In this document: positions 42,891 to 52,981 of the stretch, one piece after another
How the letters are laid out: every line of letters begins with the position of its first letter
How positions within the stretch are numbered: the stretch's first letter is position 1
DNA from: Acidobacteriota bacterium
GTDB taxonomy: Bacteria; Acidobacteriota; UBA890; WLXD01
DNA length: 64,000 nucleotides
Direction: 5' to 3'
Assembly (NCBI GenBank): GCA_965248695.1
Contig: CBDFKD010000002.1
Span: forward strand, 3,040,001 to 3,104,000
Notes under the pieces: generated by a model
What the model saw: the letters and a program-made list of their open reading frames with translations, nothing else
Told to the model about the DNA's origin: nothing
Databases searched by the model: none
Translations under genes and position numbers: made by a program

Positions 42891-43920
42891 GGTCGAGCTC
42901 CATCACGTAGATCTCGCGATTGCCGTCGCGGCTGGTAACGAAGGCGATGCGCTCACCGTCCGGCGACCAGACCGGTCCATCGTCGCGCGACGAGTCATTC
43001 GTGAGGTTGACGAGGTGGGTGCCGTCGGGGCGCATCGCATAGATCTCGCGGTTGCCGTCGCGGTCGGAGACGAAGGCGATACGCTCGCCGTCCGGCGACC
43101 ACGCAGGGCCCTCGTTGCTCGACGCGTGGTCGGTCAGGTTGCTGGCTCCCGTGCCGTCCTCGTTTATCACCCAGATATCGCTGAACCCCACTCCGTGAGC
43201 CGACACGAAGGCGATCCTGGATCCGTCGGGCGACCAGGCGGGATGATCGTCGTCGGCCGGACTGTTGGTCAGGTTCTCCTGCTCGGCGCCGTCCTCGTAC
43301 ATGGCGTAGATCTCGCCGTTGCCATCGCGCTGGCTGGAGAAAGCGATGCGCATGCTGTCCGGCGACCAGGCGGGGTTGCGGTTGCCGAGGCCGTTCTGCG
43401 TCAGGTTCAGGTACTTGCCGTACCAGGCGACATACTCTGTGCCCTCGGAGTCCATGATGGAGATATCACCGTTCCCGAGACGCCCGCTGCTGGTGTAGAA
43501 GCTGATCCACTCTCCATCTGGAGACCATCGTGGGTCGCCGTTGATGTAGCCATTGCTCGACAGGACGTCCGCTTCGCTGCCGTCGGCGTTCATGATGAAA
43601 TTCCATGCCGATGTGCGCCCGTGGCGATCGGACTCGAACGCAATCTGGTTGCCGTCCGTCGACCAGACCGGATCCCATTCGTCATATTCCGGGTTTGTGG
43701 TGAGATTCTTAGCATCGGAACCATCGGCGTTCATGATGTAGACCTCGCGATCGCCGTCGCGGTTGGTCACAAAGGCGATCCTGCTGCCGTCGGGCGACCA
43801 GGCAGGCGTACCGTCGAAGGCCGGGTTGCCCGTGAGGTTCGTTTCGTTGGCGACCGCACCGGCAACTGCGACGGTCGCCAGCACGACGCATCCAGCGGCG
43901 CCGAAAACGCGGTTGGTCAA
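42880..43920 (-). CDS. TolB-like PD40-repeat beta-propeller protein
   Basis: Seven P-WSPDG-RIAF-S-RDG-type repeats after a signal peptide. No TolB N-terminal domain. Confidence 0.85.
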   Translation of the reverse strand: MTNRVFGAAGCVVLATVAVAGAVANETNLTGNPAFDGTPAWSPDGSRIAFVTNRDGDREVYIMNADGSDAKNLTTNPEYDEWDPVWSTDGNQIAFESDRHGRTSAWNFIMNADGSEADVLSSNGYINGDPRWSPDGEWISFYTSSGRLGNGDISIMDSEGTEYVAWYGKYLNLTQNGLGNRNPAWSPDSMRIAFSSQRDGNGEIYAMYEDGAEQENLTNSPADDDHPAWSPDGSRIAFVSAHGVGFSDIWVINEDGTGASNLTDHASSNEGPAWSPDGERIAFVSDRDGNREIYAMRPDGTHLVNLTNDSSRDDGPVWSPDGERIAFVTSRDGNREIYVMELDHDR

Positions 43921-44050
43921 CTCTTCAACCTCTCGATGGTGGCAAACAGGATGAGCGTTCCGAACCGGAACCGTGGCAGCGTAACCTCACAGACTGGTTG
44001 GCGGAAGGGGCCGTGCGGGGCCGGCCTGAGGTCTGGTAGGCTTGCCGGCC

Positions 44051-44548
44051 ATGTGTCGCTCCGAAGTCAAAGTGCTGTTGCTCGTCTGCCTGGCCGTGGT
44101 CGCCGGGTGCGCCTCCGAACCACCGCCGCCTCCGCAACCGGTCGCGTTCAGCCACAAGGCACACGTCGACAACGACATCTCCTGTACCAACTGTCATCCG
44201 GGCGCGGAGACCCAAGCGCAAGCGGGTCTCACGCCGCTCGCCGGCTGCGCCACCTGCCATCGGCGCGCCATCATCCCCGATCATCCGGAGGTGATGAAGG
44301 TCATCGAGCATTTCCGCAACCGCGAGACGCTCGCCTGGAACCGCGTCAACGTGATCCCGGACACGGCGATGGTGCACTTCAAGCACAAGCCGCATGCGCG
44401 CGCCGGCGTGACCTGTGATCGCTGCCATGGGGACGTCGGCGAGATGACGGTGGCACGCCAGGCGGTCGATGTCGCGGATATGGGGTGGTGCGTGAACTGC
44501 CATCAGCAACAGGGAGCCAGTATCGGCTGCCTCACCTGCCATCACTGA
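44051..44548 (+). CDS. Pentaheme cytochrome c, ActA/QrcA-like
   Basis: QPVAFSHKAH and five CxxCH (CTNCH, CATCH, CDRCH, CVNCH, CLTCH), MGWC. Confidence 0.88.
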   Translation: MCRSEVKVLLLVCLAVVAGCASEPPPPPQPVAFSHKAHVDNDISCTNCHPGAETQAQAGLTPLAGCATCHRRAIIPDHPEVMKVIEHFRNRETLAWNRVNVIPDTAMVHFKHKPHARAGVTCDRCHGDVGEMTVARQAVDVADMGWCVNCHQQQGASIGCLTCHH

Positions 44549-44562
44549 GATGAGCACGCCGA

Positions 44563-46800
44563 ATGCGTAGACGAGACTTCCTGAAAGCAACGACTCTGGC
44601 CGCCGGCGTCTCCTTGCTGGAAGGCTGCTCACGACGGGAAGACGAGGTACTGCTGCAGCCCGCCACGCGCCCCGACCAGCTTGCGGGAGTGACTGATTGG
44701 CGATACGGCGTCTGCCAGCAGTGCACCGCGGGATGCGGCATTCAGGTACGTGTGGTGGACGGCAACGTCAAGAAAATCGAGGGCAACCCCGACCACCCGG
44801 TGAACCTAGGTGGCGTGTGCGCGCTTGGCCAGTCGTTGCCCCAGGCGTTGTACGACCCAGACCGGGTGTTGGTACCGCAACGGCGCAGCGGGGGGCGCGG
44901 CGCAGGGCAGTTCGAGGCGCTGTCGTGGGAAGACGCCCTCGCCGAGCTCGTCGAGACGATTGCCACCACGCCCGCCGAACGGCTGGCGATCATCGGCTCG
45001 GAACGCGCCGGCCTGGTCGGCGCGCTGTGGCAGCGCTTTGCCGCGGCGCGCGGCGCGCCGGCGCCCGTCTTCGCCGAAGCTCCGGAGCTCGAGATCGAAC
45101 GCCGGGCGGCGACGATCAGCCTCGGCGTGGACGATATGCCGTACTTCGACCTCGGACGCACCGACTACGCTCTTTCGATCGGCGCCCCGTTTCTCGATCG
45201 CTGGCGCAGCCCAGTGCACTACGCGCGCATGCTGGCGCGCATGCGTCGGGGACGGCCCGGACGGCGCGGCAAGCTGGTGCACGCTGAGCCACGCATGTCA
45301 CTCACCGCCGCAAACGCCGACGAGTGGCTGGCGCCTCGCCCGGGTACCGAGGGGGTGCTGGCGCGCACGATTGCCGGTGTCTTGCTGACCGGCGAGTCCG
45401 TCGGTGAAGCGGCGGCCAGTCGCTATCGATCGCTCTTTCCCGCCGACCCGCCAACGCTGGAAGAAGGCGCCGCGGCGTGTGATCTGTCGGCCGACAAGGT
45501 CCACCGCATCGGTCAGGAGCTCATCGCGGCGGACCGCGGCGTGGTCATCGCCGGCGGATCGGCGGCGGCGCATTCCAACGGGCTGTTCAACGTCGTGGCA
45601 GCGCTGGCGCTAAACCTTCTCCTCGACAACCTCGGACGCCCCGGCGGCGTGTTCTCTCCCACCGCGTTCCGGCTCGCCAACGGCGTCGGGCCCGTCGACG
45701 CAGCCGACGGCTCGATGACCGATTTGTTGGCCCGCCTGCGCGGCGAGTCCGCCGACCCGGTCGGGGCACTGGTCATCGCCGCGGACGACCCTCTGCATAC
45801 GCTGCCCCGCGGCCAAGGGCTCGCCGAGGCGTTGGCCGGAGCAGGCAAGATCATCGCCCTGAGCAGCTCCATGGACGACACCGCGATGTACGCCGACCTG
45901 CTACTACCCCTGCGTACCGAGCTCGAACGATTCAACGCCGTCGAGCCGGCGTCGACTATAGGAGTTCCGGTGCTCGGCCTGGCCAGACCGGTCGTCGATC
46001 CCCTCGGCGAGGGACACCACGTGGGCGACGTGATCCTGGCTACCGCCGCGGCTCTCGGCGAGCCAATGGCCTCTGAGCTTCCATGGACGAGCTTCGCGGC
46101 GCTGGCGCAGGCACGGGTGGACGAGGAACTGGCTCGATCGGCCGGCGACGCGGGGCCGGGGATCAGCGTGACTTCCAGCGAGGCGCTATCTCGCGGCGGC
46201 GTATTCCCGGCCGGCGCACCCTCAGACACCCCGCCGGGCCCAGCGGCGACCGCGCCCGCCGCCACCGAGCCGGCGTTCGACGGCGACGCGGCGCGCTTTC
46301 CGTTCCTGCTGCAACCCTTCGAATCCGTGAAGCTCGGCGATGGCCGGGGCGCGAACCGACCTTGGTTGCAAGAGCTGCCGGATCCGCTCTCTACCGTGAT
46401 GTGGGACAGCTGGGCAGAGCTGTCGCCGGCGGACGCAACCGAGCTCGGTATTCTCGATGGTGACCGCCTCCGAATCGAGTCGCCCAGCGGCTCGATCGAG
46501 GTCGGCGCGGTCATCGATCCGGCAGTAAGGCCCGGACTGGTCGGCGTCCCCAGAGGTCAAGGACATCGCGACCACGGACGCTACGCTCGGGGGCGCGGAG
46601 CCAACCCACTCGACTTGATCGGCCCGCTCCAGGTCGAAGGGCAAGGGGTCTCGGCATGGGCCGCGACGCGGGTACGCATCGAGCGCCTGGGACCTGGCAA
46701 GCTGACGCGCCACGGTGCCCGGCTGGCGGATCGCGGCGCCGGCGAGCACATTCCCGTTGGCTGGGCTCCCAACCCGGCGCCCCCGGAGAATCTGGCATGA
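44563..46800 (+). CDS. Molybdopterin oxidoreductase-like subunit, ActB1/QrcB-like
   Basis: Tat/lipoprotein leader RRRDFLK...LEGC, CQQCTAGC...C, KIEGNPDHP, ANRPWLQELPDPLS. Confidence 0.82.
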   Translation: MRRRDFLKATTLAAGVSLLEGCSRREDEVLLQPATRPDQLAGVTDWRYGVCQQCTAGCGIQVRVVDGNVKKIEGNPDHPVNLGGVCALGQSLPQALYDPDRVLVPQRRSGGRGAGQFEALSWEDALAELVETIATTPAERLAIIGSERAGLVGALWQRFAAARGAPAPVFAEAPELEIERRAATISLGVDDMPYFDLGRTDYALSIGAPFLDRWRSPVHYARMLARMRRGRPGRRGKLVHAEPRMSLTAANADEWLAPRPGTEGVLARTIAGVLLTGESVGEAAASRYRSLFPADPPTLEEGAAACDLSADKVHRIGQELIAADRGVVIAGGSAAAHSNGLFNVVAALALNLLLDNLGRPGGVFSPTAFRLANGVGPVDAADGSMTDLLARLRGESADPVGALVIAADDPLHTLPRGQGLAEALAGAGKIIALSSSMDDTAMYADLLLPLRTELERFNAVEPASTIGVPVLGLARPVVDPLGEGHHVGDVILATAAALGEPMASELPWTSFAALAQARVDEELARSAGDAGPGISVTSSEALSRGGVFPAGAPSDTPPGPAATAPAATEPAFDGDAARFPFLLQPFESVKLGDGRGANRPWLQELPDPLSTVMWDSWAELSPADATELGILDGDRLRIESPSGSIEVGAVIDPAVRPGLVGVPRGQGHRDHGRYARGRGANPLDLIGPLQVEGQGVSAWAATRVRIERLGPGKLTRHGARLADRGAGEHIPVGWAPNPAPPENLA

Positions 46801-47486
46801 CGCGCTGGGGGATGGTCATCGACACCGACATCTGCACCGGCTGCGAGGCGTGCGTGGTCGCCTGCACGGCTGAAAACAACGTCCAATCCGTGGGTCCCGA
46901 AGAGGCCGCCAACGGCCGCGCCATGCACTGGCTTCGGATCGAGCGCGAGTACGAGGGGACCTTCCCCGACATCAAGGTTCGTTTCCGGCCCGTCCTGTGC
47001 CAGCAATGCGGCGAAGCGCCGTGCGAGCCGGTGTGCCCGGTCTACGCCACCTACCACACGGACGAGGGCCTCAATGCGATGGTCTATAGCCGTTGCATCG
47101 GCACCCGCTACTGCGCCAACAACTGTCCCTACACCGTGCGCGTGTTCAACTTTCATACTGCCGACTGGCCGGCTCCCCTGGACCGGCAGCTGAACCCGGA
47201 TGTGAGCCCGCGGCCGGCTGGCGTCATGGAGAAGTGCACCTTCTGCGTGCAACGCATCCAGGACGGGCAGGACCACGCCAAAGACGAAGAGCGCGAGGTC
47301 GCCGATGGGGAGATTCAGCCTGCTTGCGCGCAATCTTGTCCGGCGCAGGCGATCGTCTTCGGCAACCTCGAGGACCCTGAGAGCCGCGTTGCGCGACTCG
47401 CCCGCAGCGACCGCGCCTATCACCTGCTCGAAGACCTCGACACGAAGCCCGCGGTGATCTACCTGCAGGGAGACGACTGGGGGTGA
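46797..47486 (+). CDS. 4Fe-4S dicluster subunit, ActB2/QrcC-like
   Basis: CTGCEACVVAC, MHWLRI, CQQCGEAPCEPVCP, CIGTRYCANNCPY, GVMEKCTFCVQRI. Confidence 0.9.
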   Translation: MTRWGMVIDTDICTGCEACVVACTAENNVQSVGPEEAANGRAMHWLRIEREYEGTFPDIKVRFRPVLCQQCGEAPCEPVCPVYATYHTDEGLNAMVYSRCIGTRYCANNCPYTVRVFNFHTADWPAPLDRQLNPDVSPRPAGVMEKCTFCVQRIQDGQDHAKDEEREVADGEIQPACAQSCPAQAIVFGNLEDPESRVARLARSDRAYHLLEDLDTKPAVIYLQGDDWG

Positions 47487-48877
47487 GCACAACATCCGTG
47501 CACCGTGACGCGCCCATCCCGGGCCGCCCTGATGAGGAAGCGATCTTCCGCCCCTTGGTCGGCGTGCGGCCCGGACTGATCGCCGGCAGTCTGGTCACCG
47601 GGGCGCTCGTGGGCCTGCTGCTCTACTGCTGGAGCTATCAGGTTCGCAACGACATCGGCGTGGCCGGAATCAACCGACCGGTGTTCTGGGGGTTCTACAT
47701 CACCAACTTCGTCTTCTGGATCGGCATCAGCCATGCCGGGACCCTGATCTCGGCGATCCTGCGCGTGACAGCGGCGGAATGGCGCCGACCGGTCACCCGT
47801 TGCGCCGAGGCGATCACCGTGTTCGCGCTGAGCATCGGTGGGCTGTTCCCGCTCATCCATCTGGGCCGGGTGTGGAACTTCTACTACATGATCCCGCTGC
47901 CGAATTCTCGCGGGCTATGGCCGAACTTCAGATCACCGCTGATGTGGGACATGGTGGCGATCAACGCGTACCTGCTCGGCAGCGTGCTCTACCTGGCACT
48001 GCCGCTGCTACCGGACATGGCCATCCTGCGCGACCGTGTGATGGCTGAACAGCCTGGCAGCGCACGTGCGTTTCTGTACCGCCTGTTAGCGATGGGATGG
48101 CGTGGAACACCGCAACAGTGGCACTCGCTGGAAGCTGGCATTCGTGTCATGGCGGTGGTCATCATCCCGGTTGCCATCTCGGTCCACACGATCGTCTCGT
48201 GGGACTTCGCCATGTCGCTGACTCCCATGTGGCACAGCACCATCTTCGGACCGTACTTCGTGGTCGGCGCCATCTACTCCGGCATTGCGGTGCTCATGGT
48301 GGCAATGTACCTGCTGCGGTCCGGATTGCGGCTCGAGCGCTATCTCGACGATCGGGTGTTCGCCAACCTTGGGCTGCTGTTCGTGACCATGACGCTGCTC
48401 TGGAGCTACTTCACCTACGCCGAGCATCTGACCGTCTGGTACGGTGATCAGGCGGCGGAGATCGCGGTGTTCAACGAGCGCATCTGGGGGCAATTCGCCC
48501 CGTATTTCTGGACGATGCTGGTCTTCAACACGGTGATACCGCTCGCAGTGTTGCCGTTTCGATGGGGCCGACAACCAGTGTGGACCGCGGTAGTCGGCAT
48601 GTTCGTGCTGGTCGGCATGTGGCTGGAACGCTACCTCATCGTGGTCGGCTCGCTGAGCGTGCCCCGCCTCGAGTTCACCGTCGGCCACTACCAGGCAACG
48701 TGGGTGGAGTGGGGCATCCTGCTCGGCTCGTTCGGACTCTTCGGGTTCCTCTACTTCGTGTTCCTGCAGGCGGCCCCGATCGTGTCGATCTGGGAGGTAC
48801 GCGAGGGCGAGCACCTCGCCGGCAGGCAAGTAGCCGAAGGTGAGCCGACGCTCCAGGCCCTGGGCGGGGAGTCGTAG
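47483..48877 (+). CDS. actC: NrfD/PsrC-family membrane subunit ActC
   Basis: ITNFVFWIGISHAGTLISAIL, WRRPVTRCAE, HLGR, NFRSPLMWD, SVHTIVSWDF, WHSTIFGPYFV. Confidence 0.9.
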   Translation: MSTTSVHRDAPIPGRPDEEAIFRPLVGVRPGLIAGSLVTGALVGLLLYCWSYQVRNDIGVAGINRPVFWGFYITNFVFWIGISHAGTLISAILRVTAAEWRRPVTRCAEAITVFALSIGGLFPLIHLGRVWNFYYMIPLPNSRGLWPNFRSPLMWDMVAINAYLLGSVLYLALPLLPDMAILRDRVMAEQPGSARAFLYRLLAMGWRGTPQQWHSLEAGIRVMAVVIIPVAISVHTIVSWDFAMSLTPMWHSTIFGPYFVVGAIYSGIAVLMVAMYLLRSGLRLERYLDDRVFANLGLLFVTMTLLWSYFTYAEHLTVWYGDQAAEIAVFNERIWGQFAPYFWTMLVFNTVIPLAVLPFRWGRQPVWTAVVGMFVLVGMWLERYLIVVGSLSVPRLEFTVGHYQATWVEWGILLGSFGLFGFLYFVFLQAAPIVSIWEVREGEHLAGRQVAEGEPTLQALGGES

Positions 48878-48879
48878 GA

Positions 48880-49398
48880 ATGGCGATTGATACCACTGCG
48901 ACCCACGCCGTCTTCGACTCCGGGTCGGAGGTGCGCAAAGCATTGACCGTGCTACGGCGTGACGGCATCGACCCCGACGACATCGAGATCCGCAGCTCGA
49001 TCCCGATCGACGCGGGAAGCCTCGCACCGATGGGAGCGCCCCAACGGTCCCGGGCGCCAGCGATGGCAGTGCTCGGCGGCGCGCTCGGTGCCACTGCCGC
49101 GTATCTGCTGGTGGCATTGACGTCGCGCGCCTACCCGATGGTGACTGGAGGGATGCCCATCGTTCCGTTGATGTCGACTGCGATCATCGTCTTCGAGGGA
49201 GCCGCGATGGGGTGCATCCTGCTGACCGTCGCGACGGTGCTGCTCGAATGCCGACTACCGCGACTGGCGTGGAAGCCAGGACCGTTCGACGCGGAGCTCG
49301 CCGCCGGACAGATCGTCGTCGCCGTGCGCGGGGACCCGAGCCCCGAATGGACGGTCAACGCTCTGGCCACCTCACCCGATGCCGCGGGCGGCGAGTAG
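48880..49398 (+). CDS. ActD-like (DUF3341) subunit
   Basis: Two TM helices, YPMVTGGMP..P...IIVFE, directly after actC. Confidence 0.75.
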   Translation: MAIDTTATHAVFDSGSEVRKALTVLRRDGIDPDDIEIRSSIPIDAGSLAPMGAPQRSRAPAMAVLGGALGATAAYLLVALTSRAYPMVTGGMPIVPLMSTAIIVFEGAAMGCILLTVATVLLECRLPRLAWKPGPFDAELAAGQIVVAVRGDPSPEWTVNALATSPDAAGGE

Positions 49399-49413
49399 TC
49401 GTACTCACCGGTT

Positions 49414-49468
49414 CTAGTGGCCTGTAACAGACGATCGTTGCCTATCGCGCCGGCAGATGGTTTTCTTG
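49414..49468. mobile_element. IS630/MITE-like terminal remnant (CTAGTGGCCTGTAACAGA...)
   Basis: 18 bp identical to 62306-62323. Intergenic, with a CTAG end. Confidence 0.5.
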
Positions 49469-51466
49469 CTAGGCGATCGGCGGCTTGGCTATCGCCGGCA
49501 TCGCCCGTCGCTGCAACACCTCCTGAACGGCGCGGTGCGCCTCCAGGATCGCCGCATCGGTGTGCGGGCTGGCAGCGGCGTCCGAGTTGGCGATGGTGAT
49601 CGAGCCGAATGGCTGACGCGCGATCACGCACGGGCGCTCGTCGGTGCTGGTGAAGGCCCACTCCATGGGGTCGTAGAGGGTGTTGTAGGTGTAGGAGTAG
49701 CCGTGCGGCCAACGATTGACGGCGATCGCCACGATGTCTTCCGCCGGATCGAAGCCGCCGCCACCCAGCATCCGCCCGAGTTGGTCGCGGATCTTTTCCT
49801 CCCAGGTCTCGAACGGGGTCACCAGGAGCTCCTCGCGGCCCATGACGTGCTGCCGCTTGCGCCGTTCGCCCGGATAGTTGAGGTAACGGTAGAGCGACAA
49901 CACGATGGGCTCCTCGGGTGACTCGGCATGCCTCAGGTCACCCAGGCTCACCGCCTCATCGAGACCCACCCCGGCGTGGTACATGGTCGGCGCGCTGATG
50001 TAGCTCACGCCGAGCTTCTCGAACGCGGTCCAGTTGCGGATCGCGACGCTGGTGTATACCAGCGGGCCTTTCATGGCGAACTCGAGCGCTTCCTTCTGCT
50101 TCGTCGGCAGCTCGGGCACGAGATACGGAATGACGCGGTTGTAGCACGCCATGACGCAGTGGCGTCCGCGGACGTGGTAGGTGCGACCGTCGTGTACGTA
50201 GCTGACCTCGACCGCCTCCTTGCCTGCAGAATCGGTGTGCCGTGCGCGCACCACGGTGCTGTTGAGCCGGATGCGCGCTGACTGGCCTTCACGATCCAGC
50301 AGCCCGTAGTTCACCCGGGCCATCCCGACGTCTTCCTGCGTGGTGCCGGGGACGGCGTCCGGGATCAACCAGCGGACCATCAACCGGGTGACGGTGGCGT
50401 TGCCGTCCGGGAAATGAACCGATCCGGGGCCAGGCCGCTGGCGACCGTGATGGCCACCGGGCAAGTCGGCGAGCAGGCCGTCGGACATCGGCTCCAGGCC
50501 CATGCCGTCGAACCCCGGCTGACCCATGCCCCAGGCATACAGCGCCGGCAACGCGTCGGCGCCGACCGCGAAGCTGCCGTTGCCGGTGCCGGCGAAGAAC
50601 CACATGACCTCCGGGTCGACCTTCGCCACCTCGAGCATGAAGTCGGTGTAGGTCATCTTCGCCAGCCGCTCCTTCTTGTCGGCCGACGACAGGCCCGGGA
50701 AATAGTCCGGCTGATGGTCGGAGTAGAGCGCCAGATAGTCCTTCTGTGCCTTGGCCGAAAGGGGTGTCTGGGCGATGAACTCGGCGTTCGAGCCGCGCCG
50801 GCCCCCGGACCGTTTGACCAGTCGATCCTCCCCCCACGTCTCGGAGTCGAAGAAGTACGACGACCCGAGACCCATGCGGCGGTACATCTGCCGGCTGTCG
50901 GCGTTGTCCTCCAGGAAACGATCGAGATCGATGCCGATGTCCGCCAGCAACCGCTGGGAAGGCTGGTTGTAGCGTCCCGGAGATTCGATGTTGAGCGTGC
51001 CCCCGTTGAGGGCCAGGGTGCGCCCGTTGTAGTGGAACTCGTTGCGCTTGGCGTGACCGCCGAAGTCATCGTGATTATCGAGGATCAGCACGCGCGCCTC
51101 GCGGCCCACGTTCTTGATGAACATCTGCGCCGCTGCCAGGCCGCTGATACCGCCGCCGACGACCACGAGGTCATAGCGCTCGCCGGAGTCGACGGCGTCG
51201 GAGAAATCCCAGCCGCGCTGGTCACGCATCTGGTGCGCAACCTCGAAGGCGCCATCGTGGGTGCCGCGCAGTCCATGTCGCAGCGGCGGATAGTCGGCCG
51301 GGGACTGATGCGCGCTCCCGAGACCGTGGCTACTGGGAGCCTCCACGCGGTTGCTGCGACCGAGGCCACCCAGCGCCAGTGCGCCGCTGACCGGAACCGC
51401 CATGCCGTTGACGAAGTCGCGCCGTGTGATTTGACGATCCATGCCCAGGTCACGCCTACGTCCCAC
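49469..51466 (-). CDS. Spermidine dehydrogenase SpdH-like FAD oxidoreductase, Tat-exported
   Basis: LGMDRQITRRDF, YPPLRHGLRGTH, VVGGGISG, DNHDDFGGHAKRNEF, HFPDGNA, VNRWPHGY, IANSDA. Confidence 0.85.
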   Translation of the reverse strand: MGRRRDLGMDRQITRRDFVNGMAVPVSGALALGGLGRSNRVEAPSSHGLGSAHQSPADYPPLRHGLRGTHDGAFEVAHQMRDQRGWDFSDAVDSGERYDLVVVGGGISGLAAAQMFIKNVGREARVLILDNHDDFGGHAKRNEFHYNGRTLALNGGTLNIESPGRYNQPSQRLLADIGIDLDRFLEDNADSRQMYRRMGLGSSYFFDSETWGEDRLVKRSGGRRGSNAEFIAQTPLSAKAQKDYLALYSDHQPDYFPGLSSADKKERLAKMTYTDFMLEVAKVDPEVMWFFAGTGNGSFAVGADALPALYAWGMGQPGFDGMGLEPMSDGLLADLPGGHHGRQRPGPGSVHFPDGNATVTRLMVRWLIPDAVPGTTQEDVGMARVNYGLLDREGQSARIRLNSTVVRARHTDSAGKEAVEVSYVHDGRTYHVRGRHCVMACYNRVIPYLVPELPTKQKEALEFAMKGPLVYTSVAIRNWTAFEKLGVSYISAPTMYHAGVGLDEAVSLGDLRHAESPEEPIVLSLYRYLNYPGERRKRQHVMGREELLVTPFETWEEKIRDQLGRMLGGGGFDPAEDIVAIAVNRWPHGYSYTYNTLYDPMEWAFTSTDERPCVIARQPFGSITIANSDAAASPHTDAAILEAHRAVQEVLQRRAMPAIAKPPIA

Positions 51467-51693
51467 GCCGCACCTCCTGCTGATTGTCGTCGATCGTTCG
51501 AGCTATCGCGTTGGCATTGCCAGCCGTCGCGCAGCCTATCATCGGAGCCAGGGCGGGCCCCAGCCGGGCCCACCCACCCCCGGTTGCAACTGGGCCGCTC
51601 AGAGCTGTCGTCCGGACGTCTGCTCGACTGTACAGTGCCGGACAGCGAGCTCATTTTTCACGATCCGGATCGACGACCTACACAGGAGGAGCG

Positions 51694-52905
51694 ATGCAGA
51701 TAGCGAGGGTACCCATGGGCGTCCGCTCTTTCCTCTCGCCCCGTCTCGTGGCCGCGCTCGCAGCGACGATCGCGATCGCACCGACGGCGACTCGATCCAA
51801 CCAGGAGGCCGACCAGGAGGTCATCGACGCCTTCGCCCGGCGGATCACGGCCGATGTGGCCACCGACGGCACCGGCGGCATGACCGCGGCTATGTTCCAC
51901 GGAGATCAGCTGTTGTGGGCTCAGGGGTTCGGATGGGCCGACCCGGCGGCCAAAGTGCCCGCCGGAGTGCGAACGATCTACCGCACTGGCTCGATCTCGA
52001 AATCGTTTACCGCTGTGTTGCTGGCGGACCTGGTCGAAGAAGGAACCGTCGAGCTCGACGATGCGGTGGCATCGGTATTGCCGGAGGTGGCGGGTTTCGG
52101 TGCCCTCCCGGCCGGCTCGGCACCGGTGACCTTCCGGCAGCTAGCAAGCCACACGGCAGGACTGATCCGCGAGCCGGAGCTCGAGGGGGCCGCGTCAGGC
52201 GCTATCCAGGACTGGGGGCACAAGATCCTCTTGTCGATCGAGCACACGCGCTACTTCGCGGCGCCGGGCACCGAGTACCGCTACTCCAACATTGGCTTTG
52301 GCGTGCTCGGCTACGCGCTGCAGCGAGCCACCGGAACATCGTTCATGGAGCTCGTCCGCAGGCGCATCTTCGAGCCCCTGGGAATGAGCTCCTCGGCCTT
52401 CATCGTCGGACCGGGGCTGCGGCGACGCCTCGCCGTCGGAATTGCCAATCGCAGCTACGTGGAGGGCGAGGAGGCCCGAACGGACACCGAGTTGCCGGCA
52501 CTGGAGCACGCCGGCCGCGGCTACAAAATACCGAACGGCGGCGTCTACTCGACCGTTGGCGACCTGGCAACGTTCGCTGCGGCGGTCATGGGACGCACGG
52601 AGCACGCGTTGCTGCACCCTGAGACCCGCGACGAGATGACGCGGCCACAAACGCCCCCGGGCTCGGCGACAACCTACGGCCTCGGCTTCAGTATCGACGA
52701 CGTGGTGCTCGCCAATGGCGCCACCGCCCGCCTCGTGGGGCACGGCGGATCCGTCGCCGGCTACACCGCTCATCTCGTGTTTGACTCAGCAAGCGGCTTC
52801 GGGGTGGTGCTGTTGCGCAACTACAACGGTGGCGCGACGAACCTCGCCGAGGCGGCCAACGGTCTGCTCGCGACCTTGTTGGAGGCCCACGCGGCTGGCG
52901 ACTAG
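51694..52905 (+). CDS. Serine hydrolase (class C beta-lactamase/PBP-like family)
   Basis: SISK (SxxK), LASHTAG, YSN, HGG. RBS GGAGGAG. Confidence 0.88.
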   Translation: MQIARVPMGVRSFLSPRLVAALAATIAIAPTATRSNQEADQEVIDAFARRITADVATDGTGGMTAAMFHGDQLLWAQGFGWADPAAKVPAGVRTIYRTGSISKSFTAVLLADLVEEGTVELDDAVASVLPEVAGFGALPAGSAPVTFRQLASHTAGLIREPELEGAASGAIQDWGHKILLSIEHTRYFAAPGTEYRYSNIGFGVLGYALQRATGTSFMELVRRRIFEPLGMSSSAFIVGPGLRRRLAVGIANRSYVEGEEARTDTELPALEHAGRGYKIPNGGVYSTVGDLATFAAAVMGRTEHALLHPETRDEMTRPQTPPGSATTYGLGFSIDDVVLANGATARLVGHGGSVAGYTAHLVFDSASGFGVVLLRNYNGGATNLAEAANGLLATLLEAHAAGD

Positions 52906-52981
52906 CGAACGTTCTGCTATGTTGCTGGCCGACCGTCGCCAAGTGCACCACCGCGCCGGCGCGCGCACCAGGGAGAAGCCC

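Noticed and set aside
42880-43920. DNA-level direct repeats
   Set aside because: Explained by PD40 protein repeats. Not CRISPR, and no tol-pal genes are nearby to call it tolB.
51694-52905. Antibiotic-resistance beta-lactamase
   Set aside because: SxxK/YxN/HGG pattern of generic serine hydrolases. No KTG motif or mobile context.
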